Below, piece by piece: positions 49,304-59,407 of a stretch of DNA of 64,000 nt. Numbering within the stretch: the first letter of the stretch is position 1; each line of letters opens with the position of its first letter. The notes below the pieces were generated by a model. The model was not told where the DNA came from. It searched no databases and worked only from the letters and a program-made list of their open reading frames with translations. The stretch comes from Acidisphaera sp. L21. Its GTDB lineage: Bacteria > Pseudomonadota > Alphaproteobacteria > Acetobacterales > Acetobacteraceae. Both the position numbers and the translations under genes were made by a program. Location of the stretch: contig NZ_LMUY01000043.1 in the NCBI RefSeq assembly GCF_009765685.1, forward strand, positions 1,120-65,119. The letters run 5' to 3'.

Positions 49304-49693
49304 ATGCCGAAAAATCTCGTCTTACTTGCCGGGTTTCTGAGCCTTGCCATGGGTGGCTGCGCGATGGCCCAGGGCGCGGCGCCCGCCACGGTGGCGACCA
49401 CCGCCAAGGGGCCAGCCTTCGTGGATGCCAAGGGCATGTCGCTGTACACGTTCGACAAAGACAGCGCGGGCAAGTCCGTCTGCAACGGCCCGTGCCAAGG
49501 GAATTGGCCGGCGATGATGGCCACGGCCTCTGCCACGGCATCCGGCGGTTGGAGCGTCATCACCCGCGACGACGGCAGCAAGCAGTGGGCGTATAAGGAC
49601 AAGCCGCTGTATACCTTCGCCAAGGACACCATGCCGGCCGACAGCAAGGGTGATGGCTTCCTGAACGGCGCGTGGCATCTGGCCAAGCCGTAA
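49304..49693 (+). CDS. Secreted lipoprotein with Y-x4-D repeat (COG4315-like), partner of ECF sigma/anti-sigma
   Basis: MPKNLVLLAGFLSLAMGGCAMAQG lipobox. ...SLYTFDKD...PLYTFAKD repeats. Confidence 0.6.
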   Translation: MPKNLVLLAGFLSLAMGGCAMAQGAAPATVATTAKGPAFVDAKGMSLYTFDKDSAGKSVCNGPCQGNWPAMMATASATASGGWSVITRDDGSKQWAYKDKPLYTFAKDTMPADSKGDGFLNGAWHLAKP

Positions 49694-49709
49694 CGATCCA
49701 GCCGCCTCC

Positions 49710-50219
49710 GTGACCGATCTATCAGCGGCGCTAGAACCCCACATACCGGCGCTGCGCCGGTATGCCTGGGCGCTGGTGCGCAATCAGGAGGCGGCAGACG
49801 ATTTGGTGCAGGATTGCCTGGAACGGGCCATCGGGCGCTGGCATTTGCGGCGGCGGGACGCCAGCACGCGCGCCTGGCTGATGACAATCCTGCGCAATTT
49901 GTTCCTGAACGACATACGCCGCCGCACCCGGCAGGGCCGTCACGTGGAACTGGCCGAGGCGCATGGGCATGAGGGCCAGGACGCCAATGGCGAGCGTCGG
50001 CTGATGGCCCGCGACGCGCTGGCCGCGCTGGATAGTTTGGGGGAGGACCAACGATCGCTGCTATTGCTGGTGGGTGTTGAAGACCTGTCCTACGCAGAGG
50101 CGGCCGCCGTGTTCGGCGTGCCCGAGGGCACGATCATGTCGCGATTGAGCCGGGCACGGGCCCAATTGCGGCGCCTGGTGGAGGGCGGTGAACGCGTGAT
50201 GTTGCGGAGGGTGAAGTGA
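49710..50219 (+). CDS. ECF-type RNA polymerase sigma factor
   Basis: Region 2 DLVQDCLERAIGRW, region 4 SYAEAAAVFGVPEGTIMSRLSRARAQLR. 169 aa. Confidence 0.9.
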   Translation: MTDLSAALEPHIPALRRYAWALVRNQEAADDLVQDCLERAIGRWHLRRRDASTRAWLMTILRNLFLNDIRRRTRQGRHVELAEAHGHEGQDANGERRLMARDALAALDSLGEDQRSLLLLVGVEDLSYAEAAAVFGVPEGTIMSRLSRARAQLRRLVEGGERVMLRRVK

Positions 50220-51013
50220 GCGAGGACGGGCGCCCCATCGGCGAGGACGACATCGAAGCCTATGTCGATGGCCGGCTGTCGGTGGCACGGCGGGACGCTG
50301 TCGGGGCAACACTGGCGAACGCCCCGGCGTTGCAGGCGCGCGTCGATGCCGACCTGGCGCTGCGCCACGCCCTGCGCGAGCGGTTGGCGCCGATTGCGGA
50401 GCAGCCTCTTCCATCGCGGCTGCGCGTTGCGACATTGATAGGCCGGCGACGGGCGCGGTTGCGGCGCAGCCTGAGCGCGGTTGCGGCGTCGGTGTTGCTG
50501 CTGGCGATTGGGGTAGGCGCCGGGTGGGAGGCGCGGGGGTGGAACGCGCCGGTTCGCCAAGCCGGCCAGGCCTCGACGGCCGTGGATGCGATCGAGGCAC
50601 ATCGCGTGTTCGTCGTGGAAAAGGCGCATCCGGTGGAGGTCGCCGCGGCGCAGGAGGCGCATCTGGTGCAATGGCTGTCGCGCCGGGTCGGGCACACGCT
50701 GAAGGTGCCGGATTTGTCGGCGCAGGGATACGAATTGATGGGCGGGCGGCTGATCCCGGAGGCGGGAGAAGCAGCGGCGCAATTCATGTTCCAGGATGGC
50801 GCGGGCGGCCGGCTGACGCTGTTCGTGAAGGCCGGCAAAGCTGGGCCGGCACGATTTGCCTTCCTGCAATCCAATGGATACGCGGCGTTTTCCTGGAATG
50901 ACGACGCGCTGAGTTTCGCACTGGTCGCGGCGGTGGAGCGGCCGGTGTTATTGACGCTGGCCGAGGCGACGTATCGCCAACTGGACCCGAGCGGGACGAT
51001 GCTGACGCATTAG
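50216..51013 (+). CDS. Anti-sigma factor (single-pass membrane)
   Basis: Overlaps sigma gene by 4 bp. N-terminal anti-sigma domain (IEAYVDGRLSVARRDAVGATLANAPALQARV). TM helix AVAASVLLLAIGVGAGW. Confidence 0.7.
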   Translation: MSEDGRPIGEDDIEAYVDGRLSVARRDAVGATLANAPALQARVDADLALRHALRERLAPIAEQPLPSRLRVATLIGRRRARLRRSLSAVAASVLLLAIGVGAGWEARGWNAPVRQAGQASTAVDAIEAHRVFVVEKAHPVEVAAAQEAHLVQWLSRRVGHTLKVPDLSAQGYELMGGRLIPEAGEAAAQFMFQDGAGGRLTLFVKAGKAGPARFAFLQSNGYAAFSWNDDALSFALVAAVERPVLLTLAEATYRQLDPSGTMLTH

Positions 51014-51021
51014 GAATAGGC

Positions 51022-51789
51022 TTATGCCACGGCGCGCCGTGGCTTGGCGGGGCGTTTGGGAAGGGCTGCGGCGCTCTCGGCGGTGAGGGCGAAGAATTCG
51101 GGGTGGCGCTGCATCACGGCCTCCACCGAGACGAACACGCCGCGCAAATGGCGGCGCATCGCGTCCAGTGCGGCTGCCGGGTCGCGGCGGAGGATGCCGT
51201 CCACGATCTCGCTATGCTCCTTGAACACGGCGCGGCGCTTCAGCGGGTCGTGAACCGTCAGGCGGCGAACGCGGTCGTGCTGGCGCTTGGCGGTTTCGAC
51301 GACGGACCAGGCGCGTTCGTGGCCGGCCATCTGCATGAGGGCGGCGTGGAAATGTTCGTCGGCTTCGAAGAACGGGTCGGGCTCGCCCATCAAATGCCGG
51401 CGCTGGGTGGCGACGGCCGCCTCCAAGGCGGTGGCGTCGGCGGGTTGCAGGATTTCCACCAGCTTGGCCAGGGCGGCGCATTCCAGGGATTCGCGGACGA
51501 ATTGGCCGTCGTAGATGTCGGCCACGCGGATGGGGGCGACGAAGCTGCCGTATTGGGGATAGATGGCGATGAGGCCCTCTTCCTCTAGCTTGATGAATGC
51601 CTCTCGCACTGGGGTGCGGCTGAGGCCCAGCCTGGCCGCGACCTCGTTCTCGGAGAGCGGGTGGCCCGGCAGCATACGCCCGGCGACGATGGAGTCGCGG
51701 AGATGGTTACGCACCTCCATGGCGACGGTGGTGCGCCGCCGGGCAGCCGCGATGCGAGGCTCGGTCAGCGGCCGTTCTTCTCGCGCCAT
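51022..51789 (-). CDS. GntR-family (FadR/FCD subfamily) transcriptional regulator
   Basis: LSENEVAARLGLSRTPVREAFIKLEEEGLIAIYPQYGSFVAP. Confidence 0.85.
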   Translation of the reverse strand: MAREERPLTEPRIAAARRRTTVAMEVRNHLRDSIVAGRMLPGHPLSENEVAARLGLSRTPVREAFIKLEEEGLIAIYPQYGSFVAPIRVADIYDGQFVRESLECAALAKLVEILQPADATALEAAVATQRRHLMGEPDPFFEADEHFHAALMQMAGHERAWSVVETAKRQHDRVRRLTVHDPLKRRAVFKEHSEIVDGILRRDPAAALDAMRRHLRGVFVSVEAVMQRHPEFFALTAESAAALPKRPAKPRRAVA

Positions 51790-52484
51790 GTCTTGAACAG
51801 ATCCAGATTGGCTTCGTCCGTCGGCGGATACAGGCCGCGCGTGGGGTGGCCGGCACGGACGCGTTCGGTGACGAAATCCTCGTAGGCGGTCATTTCGGTG
51901 GCCTCGGCAGCGAGGTCGTCCGCCAGGTGCGCGGGCAGGACGATGCAGCCATCGGCATCGCCGACGATGACGTCGCCCGGGAAGACCGGGGCGTCGCCGC
52001 AGCCGATCGGCACGTTGATGTCGATCGCCTGGTGCAGCGTGAGGTTGGTGGGGGCGCTGGGCCGGTTGTGGTAGGACGCGATGTCCAGCCCGGCGATCTC
52101 TGCCGAATCACGGAAGCCACCATCGGTGACGATGCCGGCGACGCCGCGGGCCATGAGCCGCGTGACCAGGATGCCGCCGGCGGAGGCAGCGCGGGCGTCC
52201 TTGCGGCTGTCGATCACCATGACGGCGCCGGGCGGACATTCCTCGACCGCCTTGCGCTGGGGATGGGCGTGGTTGCGGAATACGCTCATGTCGTTGAGGT
52301 CTTCGCGGGCGGGGATGTAGCGCAGCGTATACGCCTCCCCCACCATGGAATCGGCTTTGGGTGGGGAGAGCGCTTGCACGCCCTGGATCATCTGGTTGCG
52401 GAAGCCGCGCTTGTAGAGGGCGGTGGCGAGGGTTGCGGTGCTGACGCGCTTCAGCTTGTCGCGGGTTTCTGTCTTCAAGGTCAT
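51765..52484 (-). CDS. RraA-family protein (4-hydroxy-4-methyl-2-oxoglutarate aldolase / RNase E inhibitor-like)
   Basis: VSTATLATALYKRGFRNQMIQGVQAL...GAVMVIDSRKDARAASAGGILVTRLMARGVAGIVTDGGFRD. Start ATG 52484. Confidence 0.8.
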   Translation of the reverse strand: MTLKTETRDKLKRVSTATLATALYKRGFRNQMIQGVQALSPPKADSMVGEAYTLRYIPAREDLNDMSVFRNHAHPQRKAVEECPPGAVMVIDSRKDARAASAGGILVTRLMARGVAGIVTDGGFRDSAEIAGLDIASYHNRPSAPTNLTLHQAIDINVPIGCGDAPVFPGDVIVGDADGCIVLPAHLADDLAAEATEMTAYEDFVTERVRAGHPTRGLYPPTDEANLDLFKTWREKNGR

Positions 52485-52494
52485 TTGGCTAGTC

Positions 52495-54252
52495 CTAATA
52501 GATGACTGGTTCGGTGACCGGCGCGCCGAAATCGGTGCGGAGGAAGTCGAAATCGCAGCCTTCGTCGGCTTGCTGAATGTGCTTGGTGAACATGAAGCCG
52601 TAGCCCCGTTCAAAGCGCTTTTCCGGCGGGATCCAGGCGGCGCGGCGAGTGGCGAGTTCTTCGTCCGACACCTCCATGCGGATGGTGCGGGCGTCGACGT
52701 CCATGGTGACGATGTCGCCGGTGCGCAGCAGGGCCAGCGGGCCGCCAATGTAGGATTCGGGGGCGACGTGCAGGATGCAGGCGCCGTAGCTGGTGCCGCT
52801 CATACGCGCATCGCTCATCCGCAGCATGTCGCGATGGCCTTGTTTCAGCAGAGCCTTGGGCATTGGCAGCATGCCCCATTCGGGCATGCCGGGGCCGCCC
52901 TGGGGGCCGGCGTTGCGCAGGACCAGGACGTGGTCGGGGGTGATGTCCCAGGTTTCGTCGTCGACGGCTTTTTTCAGGGAGGGGTAATCGTCGAACACCA
53001 CGGCCGGGCCGGAGTGTTTGAGGAAGCGCTGGTCCATGGCGGCGGGTTTGATGACGCAGCCGTCGGGGGCGAGGTTGCCGGTGAGCACGGCGAGGGAGCC
53101 TTCGCCGTAGATGGGGTTTGAGGTAGTACGAATGACGTCCTCGTTGTAGACTTTGGCGCCGGCGATGTTCTCGCCGATGGTGCGGCCGCTGACGGTGAGG
53201 CAGTCGAGATGCAAATGGTCGCGAATGTTGCCCATCAACGCGCGAATGCCGCCGGCGTAGAAGAAATCTTCCATCAGATAGGTGGAGCCTGTGGGGCGCA
53301 CGTTGCCGATGACGGGGACGCGGCGGCTGTAACGCTCGAAATCCTCCAGCCCGATCTCCTGCCCGGCGCGGCGGGCCATGGCGATGAGGTGGATGATGGC
53401 GTTGGTGGAACAGCCCATGGCCATGGCGACGGCGATCGCGTTTTCGAAGGCTGGCTTGGTCTGGATCTTCTGCGGGGTCAGGTCTTCCCACACCATTTCG
53501 ACGATGCGGCGGCCGCATTCGGAGGCCAAGCGGATGTGACCCGCGTCGGCGGCGGGGATGGACGAGCCGCCGGGTAGCACCATGCCGACGGCCTCGGCGA
53601 TGGCGGTCATGGTGGAGGCGGTGCCCATGGTCATGCAGGTGCCGTAGGACCGGGCTATGCCGCCCTCGACGCCGAGCCAGTCTTCCTCGGTGATTTTACC
53701 GGCGCGCAGTTCGTCCCAGTATTTCCAGCTATCAGAGCCGGAGCCCAGGATCTTGCCGCCCCAGTTGCCGCGCAGCATCGGGCCAGCGGGCATGAAGATG
53801 ACGGGGATGTTCATGCTGGTGGCGCCTAGCAGCAGGCCCGGCGTGGTCTTGTCGCAGCCGCCCATCAGCACGGCGCCGTCGACGGGGTGGGAGCGCAGAA
53901 GCTCCTCCGTCTCCATGGCTAGCATGTTGCGGTACATCATGGTGGTGGGCTTGACGAAACTTTCGGAGACGGAGAGGGCGGGGAGTTCCACGGGGAAACC
54001 GCCGGCCATCAGGATGCCGCGCTTGACGTCCTCGACCCGGGTTTTGAAGTGGCTGTGGCAGGGCTGCAGGTCCGACCAGGTGTTGAGGATGGCGATCACG
54101 GGTTTGCCGGTCCATTCCTCCGGCGCGTAGCCCATCTGCATGGCGCGGGAACGGTGGCCGAAGGAGCGGAGGTCGGCCGGGCCGAACCAGCGGCGGCTGC
54201 GCAAGGTCTCCGGCGTTTTGCGGCCGGCGGATGGGGGGGATTGATCTGCCAT
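52495..54252 (-). CDS. IlvD/EDD-family dehydratase (sugar-acid / dihydroxy-acid dehydratase)
   Basis: PVIAILNTWSDLQPCHSHF...CDKTTPGLLLGA...: [2Fe-2S]/Mg ligand motifs of the IlvD/EDD family. Start ATG 54252. Confidence 0.9.
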   Translation of the reverse strand: MADQSPPSAGRKTPETLRSRRWFGPADLRSFGHRSRAMQMGYAPEEWTGKPVIAILNTWSDLQPCHSHFKTRVEDVKRGILMAGGFPVELPALSVSESFVKPTTMMYRNMLAMETEELLRSHPVDGAVLMGGCDKTTPGLLLGATSMNIPVIFMPAGPMLRGNWGGKILGSGSDSWKYWDELRAGKITEEDWLGVEGGIARSYGTCMTMGTASTMTAIAEAVGMVLPGGSSIPAADAGHIRLASECGRRIVEMVWEDLTPQKIQTKPAFENAIAVAMAMGCSTNAIIHLIAMARRAGQEIGLEDFERYSRRVPVIGNVRPTGSTYLMEDFFYAGGIRALMGNIRDHLHLDCLTVSGRTIGENIAGAKVYNEDVIRTTSNPIYGEGSLAVLTGNLAPDGCVIKPAAMDQRFLKHSGPAVVFDDYPSLKKAVDDETWDITPDHVLVLRNAGPQGGPGMPEWGMLPMPKALLKQGHRDMLRMSDARMSGTSYGACILHVAPESYIGGPLALLRTGDIVTMDVDARTIRMEVSDEELATRRAAWIPPEKRFERGYGFMFTKHIQQADEGCDFDFLRTDFGAPVTEPVIY

Positions 54253-54397
54253 CGTTTGTTTCCTCGACTCTGCGGCGCCGTTGGCGCGGTCTTTCACTGG
54301 TCCTACAACACTTGCATGCAAGACAAAAGGGCGGCGGTCCTGCGGCACGGCACGCGGTGTGCTAGAGCCAGCGGGACTGAGTTGGAGTTGCCTGAGC

Positions 54398-55417
54398 ATG
54401 CCCCTGCCCTATCCGAACCGCCGCCTGGTGCTTGGCGGCCTGGCCGCCGCCTCGCTTGCCCCAAGGGCGCAGGCGCAGAGCAGCGACAGCTTCGTCGTTG
54501 CGACCTATGGCGGGTTGTTCGAGCAGATTTTGCGCAAGAATGTGATCCCGGATTTCGAGGCGAAGCACGGCGTGCGCGTGGTGCTGGAACTAGGCCAGGG
54601 GACGACGTTCCTGCCGAAGCTGGCGACGGCGCGCCGCCGGTCCCCCTACGACGTGGTGTACGTGAACGACGACGAGGCAGCGCTGGGCGGATCGATGGGG
54701 CTGTGGGCGCCGGATATGTCGGCTCAGATCCCGAATGTGGCGGCACTCTACCCGTCGCTGCGGCCGTCCAAGGCGATGCCGCTGTATACGACGACGGTGT
54801 ACGACTTCCCGCTGCTGTATCGCACCGCCTTGGCGGCGCCGACGTCATGGGGGGATTTGTGGTCGATCGACCAGGCGGTGGGGGTGCCGCACATCTCCAA
54901 CTCGTACGGGCTGACGTTCCTGCTGATCGCGGCGCTGCTGAATGGCGGGGATGCGGCGAACATGGCGCCGGGGTTCGCGGCGGTGAAGCGGCTGAAGAAC
55001 CCGAAGGTGTGGCGCGGCATCACCCAGGGCTACGGCATGTTCCAGCAAGGCGAAGTGGTGGCCGGGCTGATGTATAATCACCGCGCCCAGCAATTGGTCG
55101 ATGCCGGGCTGCCGGTGGCGATGGTGCATCCGAAGGAGGGCGTGTGGGGCCAGCGCACCGGGTTGCAGATCCCGAAGACGGCGACCCGGCCGGACTTGTC
55201 CGCCGCATGGGCCGATATCGCGCTGGGGGTCGACTACCAGGCCGCGTTTGCCGAGGGATTGTACAGCCCGTCCAACGCGAAGGTGCCGTTGAAGCAGGCG
55301 GAGAAGTTCGTCACCGGAGAGGCGCGGATCAACGGGCTGCGGTTCCCGGATTGGGACGTGATCAACCCGCAGCGGGATGCGTTATTGGATCAGTGGAACC
55401 GGGTGGTCGGGAATTAG
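54398..55417 (+). CDS. ABC transporter periplasmic substrate-binding protein (PotD/PotF-like), Tat/Sec signal
   Basis: MPLPYPNRRLVLGGLAAASLAPRAQAQSS signal. SFVVATYGGLFEQILRKNVIPDFEAKHGVRVV (SBP_bac_8-like). Confidence 0.85.
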   Translation: MPLPYPNRRLVLGGLAAASLAPRAQAQSSDSFVVATYGGLFEQILRKNVIPDFEAKHGVRVVLELGQGTTFLPKLATARRRSPYDVVYVNDDEAALGGSMGLWAPDMSAQIPNVAALYPSLRPSKAMPLYTTTVYDFPLLYRTALAAPTSWGDLWSIDQAVGVPHISNSYGLTFLLIAALLNGGDAANMAPGFAAVKRLKNPKVWRGITQGYGMFQQGEVVAGLMYNHRAQQLVDAGLPVAMVHPKEGVWGQRTGLQIPKTATRPDLSAAWADIALGVDYQAAFAEGLYSPSNAKVPLKQAEKFVTGEARINGLRFPDWDVINPQRDALLDQWNRVVGN

Positions 55418-56205
55418 ACTCCGGTTCCCATAGCACGATCGAGGCCTAGCACCTTCTGGAGCAGCGCGATCAGGCCGAAGGCGAAGATGATCAGCAGGGT
55501 GGAGACGGCGGCCACCATCGGGTCTACGGCAAAGTCGATGTAGGTGTAGATCCGCACCGGCAACGGCATCACGTCCGGTCCGGCCAGGAAGATCGATACC
55601 GTTGCCTGGTCGAACGAGGTGATGAACACGAAGATCATCGCCGCCATGATCGAGGGCGCGATCGCCGGCAGGGTGACGCGGAACAAGATGCGCAGGCCGC
55701 CAGCGCCGAGGCTGCCGGCGGCCTCCTCCAGCGCCGGGTCGAGGCCGACCAGGCCGGCACCGACGGTACGGCAGACATAGGGGATGGTGATCAGGATGTG
55801 GCCGATCAGCAGCCCGGTCAGCGGCGCGTCCATGTCGATGAGGTAGTAGAATTGCAGCAGCGCCACGCCGGTGACGATGGTTGGCAGCACCAGCGGCGAC
55901 ATGAGGAAGGCGCGGAACAGGCGTTGGCCGGTGACGCCGTGGCGGTGCAGGCCGATGACGGCAGCCACGCCCAGCGCCATCGCGCAGAGGCTGCACAGCA
56001 CCGCCAGCACGATGCTGATGAGGAAGGACTGCAGGAAATCGCCCCGATGCAGCAATTGTTCGTACCAGCGCAGGGTGAAGCCGGCGGGTGGAAAGGCGAC
56101 GTAGGGCGTTTCGGTGAACGAGCCGCCGATGATGACGATCAGCGGGCCGAGGATGAACAGCACCACCAGCCAGCCGAGGATATCCAGCGCCTTGTCGAGC
56201 ATCAT
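55414..56205 (-). CDS. ABC transporter permease (PotC-like)
   Basis: 6 TM. EAAGSLGAGGLRILFRVTLPAIAP (EAA loop). Confidence 0.85.
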   Translation of the reverse strand: MMLDKALDILGWLVVLFILGPLIVIIGGSFTETPYVAFPPAGFTLRWYEQLLHRGDFLQSFLISIVLAVLCSLCAMALGVAAVIGLHRHGVTGQRLFRAFLMSPLVLPTIVTGVALLQFYYLIDMDAPLTGLLIGHILITIPYVCRTVGAGLVGLDPALEEAAGSLGAGGLRILFRVTLPAIAPSIMAAMIFVFITSFDQATVSIFLAGPDVMPLPVRIYTYIDFAVDPMVAAVSTLLIIFAFGLIALLQKVLGLDRAMGTGV

Positions 56206-57050
56206 GCCTCCCGAAACAGGCGGCCGTGCAGGGCGATGACGGCGGCGTTGATCACCAGCAGCGCCATCACCAGCGTCGCACCCACGGGCCAGTTGGCGGA
56301 GAAGGTGAATTTCTCATAGATCACCGTGCTGATGGTGGAGACGCGATTGCCACCCAGCAGGCTTGGCGTAATGAACGCGCTGATGGTGAAGGTGAACACC
56401 AGCAGCGACCCGGCGCCGATGCCGGGTAGCGAGAGCGGCAGGATGATCTTGCGCAGGATGCGGGCGCGGGATGCGCCCAGGCTGTCGGCCGCGTCGACCA
56501 AGGCGGCGTCGATGCGTTCCAGCACGCCGATCAGGCTCAGCGCCATCAGCGGCAGGCTGACGTGGACCAGGCCGACCACGACGGCGAACATGTTGCCGCC
56601 GAGGGGGAGCGGTGCGGTGGTGAGGCCGAGCGCCTGCAGCCATTTGTTCACCACACCGGTGTCGCCCAGCAGCACCAGCCAGGCGTAGGTGCGGACCAGC
56701 AGGTTGATCAGCAGGGGTGACAGGGTGATGGCGATCAGCAGGCTTTTCAGCCGCGGGCCGGCGCGGGCGATTTTGAGCGCCAGGGGATAGCCGAGCAGCA
56801 GGGAGATCACCGTCACCAGCACACCCAGCCCGATCGTGCGGGCCATGAGTGCGAGGTAGAACGGGTCGGTGAGCACGGCGGTGTAGTTCGCCAGGGTGAA
56901 TTGCGGGATGTAGAGCTGCATGGCGCTGAAGCGGAACACGCTCAGCCGCAGCACCATCGCGTAGGGGGCGACCAGGAACACCAGGTAGAACAATGTCACC
57001 GGGCCGAGGTAGAGCGCCAACGCGGCGCGGCGCGGCATTTGGGTGTTCAT
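56202..57050 (-). CDS. ABC transporter permease (PotB-like)
   Basis: 6 TM. DAADSLGASRARILRKIILPLSLPGIGAG (EAA loop). Start ATG 57050 inside listed ORF. Confidence 0.85.
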   Translation of the reverse strand: MNTQMPRRAALALYLGPVTLFYLVFLVAPYAMVLRLSVFRFSAMQLYIPQFTLANYTAVLTDPFYLALMARTIGLGVLVTVISLLLGYPLALKIARAGPRLKSLLIAITLSPLLINLLVRTYAWLVLLGDTGVVNKWLQALGLTTAPLPLGGNMFAVVVGLVHVSLPLMALSLIGVLERIDAALVDAADSLGASRARILRKIILPLSLPGIGAGSLLVFTFTISAFITPSLLGGNRVSTISTVIYEKFTFSANWPVGATLVMALLVINAAVIALHGRLFREA

Positions 57051-58087
57051 CAGTGGGGCAGCACGCGGCAATCGGCCGGGTCGGCGTGCAGATGCACGTG
57101 GGTGCCGATTGTGAAGGCGGACGCGGCGGCGGGGGAGAGGTGGGCGCAGACGATGCCACCGGGCGTGGCCATTTGCAGTTCCACCATGGCGCCCAAAAAG
57201 CGGCGTCCGGTGATCGGCATGCCATTGGCGGCGGGGCTGACGCGGAGTTTGTCGAACGGCACCTGGACGACGCTGCCGGGTGGGGCGCCGGGGAGGATGC
57301 TGGCGGCGTCGCCGCGCAACAGGTTGCCAGCGCCGACGAACTCGCACACCCAGGCGGAGTTGGGGGCGGCGAACAAGCTCTCCGGCGTGTCGATCTGGGC
57401 GATTTTTCCGTCACGCATCACGACGATGCGGTCGGCCATGGACATCGCCTCCTCCTGATCGTGGGTGACGAACAGAGCGGTGACGCCGAGGCGGCGTTGC
57501 AGGGCTTTGAGTTCGGTTTGCATCTGCACGCGGAGCTGTTTGTCCAGGGCGCCGAGCGGTTCGTCCAGGAGTAGGAGGTCGGGTTCGATGACGATGGCGC
57601 GGGCCAAGGCGACGCGTTGTTGTTGGCCGCCGGAGAGTTGTTTGGGGCGGCGGTCGGCGAAGGCGGACAGGCCCACCAGGCCGATCGCGTCGCGGGCGCG
57701 CTGGGTGGCGGCAGATTTGGGGATGCCGCGGCATTCGAGGCCGAATAGCACGTTCTGCAGCACGCTCATGTGCGGGAACAGGGCGTAGGACTGGAAGACG
57801 ATGCCGATGTTGCGGTGGCGCGGTGCCAGCCCGGCGACGTCGCGCCCGTTCAGCCGCACGGCGCCCTGCTGGGGATGAACGAAGCCGGCGATGGTCCGCA
57901 GCAGCGACGTTTTGCCGCAGCCGGACGGGCCGAGCAGGGCCACGAATTCGCCGCTTGCCACTTCCAGGTCTATGCCCTGCAGCGCCGCGACGCCGCCATA
58001 TTGAAGCTGTATGCCGGCCACGGCCAAGGAGGGTTGGGTTGTTGACGTCGTCTCGGGCGCGCGCATGGTGGGGAGGCGTAGCAACAT
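57050..58087 (-). CDS. ABC transporter ATP-binding protein (PotA-like)
   Basis: Walker A GPSGCGKTS, signature LSGGQQQRVALARA, Walker B LLLLDEP. C-terminal TOBE-like domain. Confidence 0.9.
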   Translation of the reverse strand: MLLRLPTMRAPETTSTTQPSLAVAGIQLQYGGVAALQGIDLEVASGEFVALLGPSGCGKTSLLRTIAGFVHPQQGAVRLNGRDVAGLAPRHRNIGIVFQSYALFPHMSVLQNVLFGLECRGIPKSAATQRARDAIGLVGLSAFADRRPKQLSGGQQQRVALARAIVIEPDLLLLDEPLGALDKQLRVQMQTELKALQRRLGVTALFVTHDQEEAMSMADRIVVMRDGKIAQIDTPESLFAAPNSAWVCEFVGAGNLLRGDAASILPGAPPGSVVQVPFDKLRVSPAANGMPITGRRFLGAMVELQMATPGGIVCAHLSPAAASAFTIGTHVHLHADPADCRVLPH

Positions 58088-58179
58088 CCATACCCCGCCG
58101 AAACCCTGCGTCGACAGGGGGCGAGCGCGCCTGTATTCCTGGGCACCATCAATCCGTCGCCGGCAGATCGGGGCCTTGG

Positions 58180-59382
58180 ATGCAGTTCATCACCACGGGG
58201 GTCGCGCGCCTGGTTCCGGCCGCGGCCATGTTAGGCGTCCTGTTGGTCGCCGGATGCGCCAATACCGGCGGCTATGGCTATTCCTCCGACGGGGCGGTGC
58301 CGTACGATGGGTATGACCCGGCGGCCGAACGGCAGGCCGCGCGCTTCGCCCCCAGCCGCTACTATCCGCCCCCGGGCCCGGCGTCGGACCCGTGGGGGCC
58401 GTATATCCGGGAGGCAGCTTCGCGGTTTCGCGTGCCGGAGCAGTGGGTGCGCGCGGTGATGCACCAGGAGTCCGGCGGCCGAGAGCAGGCGGTGTCTCCG
58501 GTCGGCGCGATGGGGCTGATGCAGGTGATGCCGGCCACGTATGCCGGGCTGAAACGGCGGCACCGGTTGGGTGACGACCCATACGATCCGCACAACAATA
58601 TCCTGGCAGGCACGGCCTACATCAAGGAGATGTATGACCGGTATGGCGCGCCGGGGTTCCTGGCGGCGTATAATGCCGGGCCGGACCGGCTAGACAGCTA
58701 TCTGGGTGCGGGCAACCCGTTGCCAGCGGAAACGGTGAACTACCTGGCGTCGATCACGCCGAATCTGGGCAATGCCGTGCCGCTCAGTGGGCCGCTGGCG
58801 ACCTATGGTGTCGGTTATGGCGCCACCTACGCCGCTGCCTCACCCAGGCCGGCGCCGACCGTCACCAGCCTGGCCGCCGGGTGTGACGAGAATGCCGCCT
58901 ACGATCCGGACCATCCTTGCGCACCGCTGGTGCAGGCGGCGTCGGCGCCGGTGCAGCAGGTCGCCTCGGTCGGGTCGTGCAACCCGGATGCGGCGTATGA
59001 TCCGACCCGGCGTTGCACGTCGTATGCCGCGCCGACGCCGTCGTATAGTGCAGCGCCGATTCAGGCGGCGCCGCTGGGCACGACGACGGCGGTCTACCGC
59101 CCTGCCCCGCCCAACCCGCGGGCCGGTGGTGGGTGGAGTATTCAGGTCGGCGCGTTCGGCAACCCGGCGCTGGCGCGGGCGGTGGCGGAGGGTGCGCGGA
59201 CGGAGGCGATGGATCAGTTGCGGTCGGCCGCAGTGCTGCTGCCGCCGACGTCGCCGTTCGGGGGCAATGTGCTGTATCGGGCGCGGCTGGGGAATTTGTC
59301 GGCGAACCAGGCTTCGGTCGCGTGCCAACGGTTGAACCAGCGGCAGTTGCCGTGCGTGGTGGTGGAGCCCGCAGGCGCATAA
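58180..59382 (+). CDS. Lytic transglycosylase (SLT domain) lipoprotein with C-terminal SPOR domain
   Basis: Lipobox LLVAGCAN. SLT motifs VMHQESGGREQAVSPVGAMGLMQVMPATY...AYNAG. C-terminal SPOR-like (WSIQVGAFGNPALARAV...YRARLGNLSANQASVACQRL). Confidence 0.8.
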   Translation: MQFITTGVARLVPAAAMLGVLLVAGCANTGGYGYSSDGAVPYDGYDPAAERQAARFAPSRYYPPPGPASDPWGPYIREAASRFRVPEQWVRAVMHQESGGREQAVSPVGAMGLMQVMPATYAGLKRRHRLGDDPYDPHNNILAGTAYIKEMYDRYGAPGFLAAYNAGPDRLDSYLGAGNPLPAETVNYLASITPNLGNAVPLSGPLATYGVGYGATYAAASPRPAPTVTSLAAGCDENAAYDPDHPCAPLVQAASAPVQQVASVGSCNPDAAYDPTRRCTSYAAPTPSYSAAPIQAAPLGTTTAVYRPAPPNPRAGGGWSIQVGAFGNPALARAVAEGARTEAMDQLRSAAVLLPPTSPFGGNVLYRARLGNLSANQASVACQRLNQRQLPCVVVEPAGA

Positions 59383-59407
59383 ACGGAGGTTCGTGGCCAG
59401 CCGCCAG

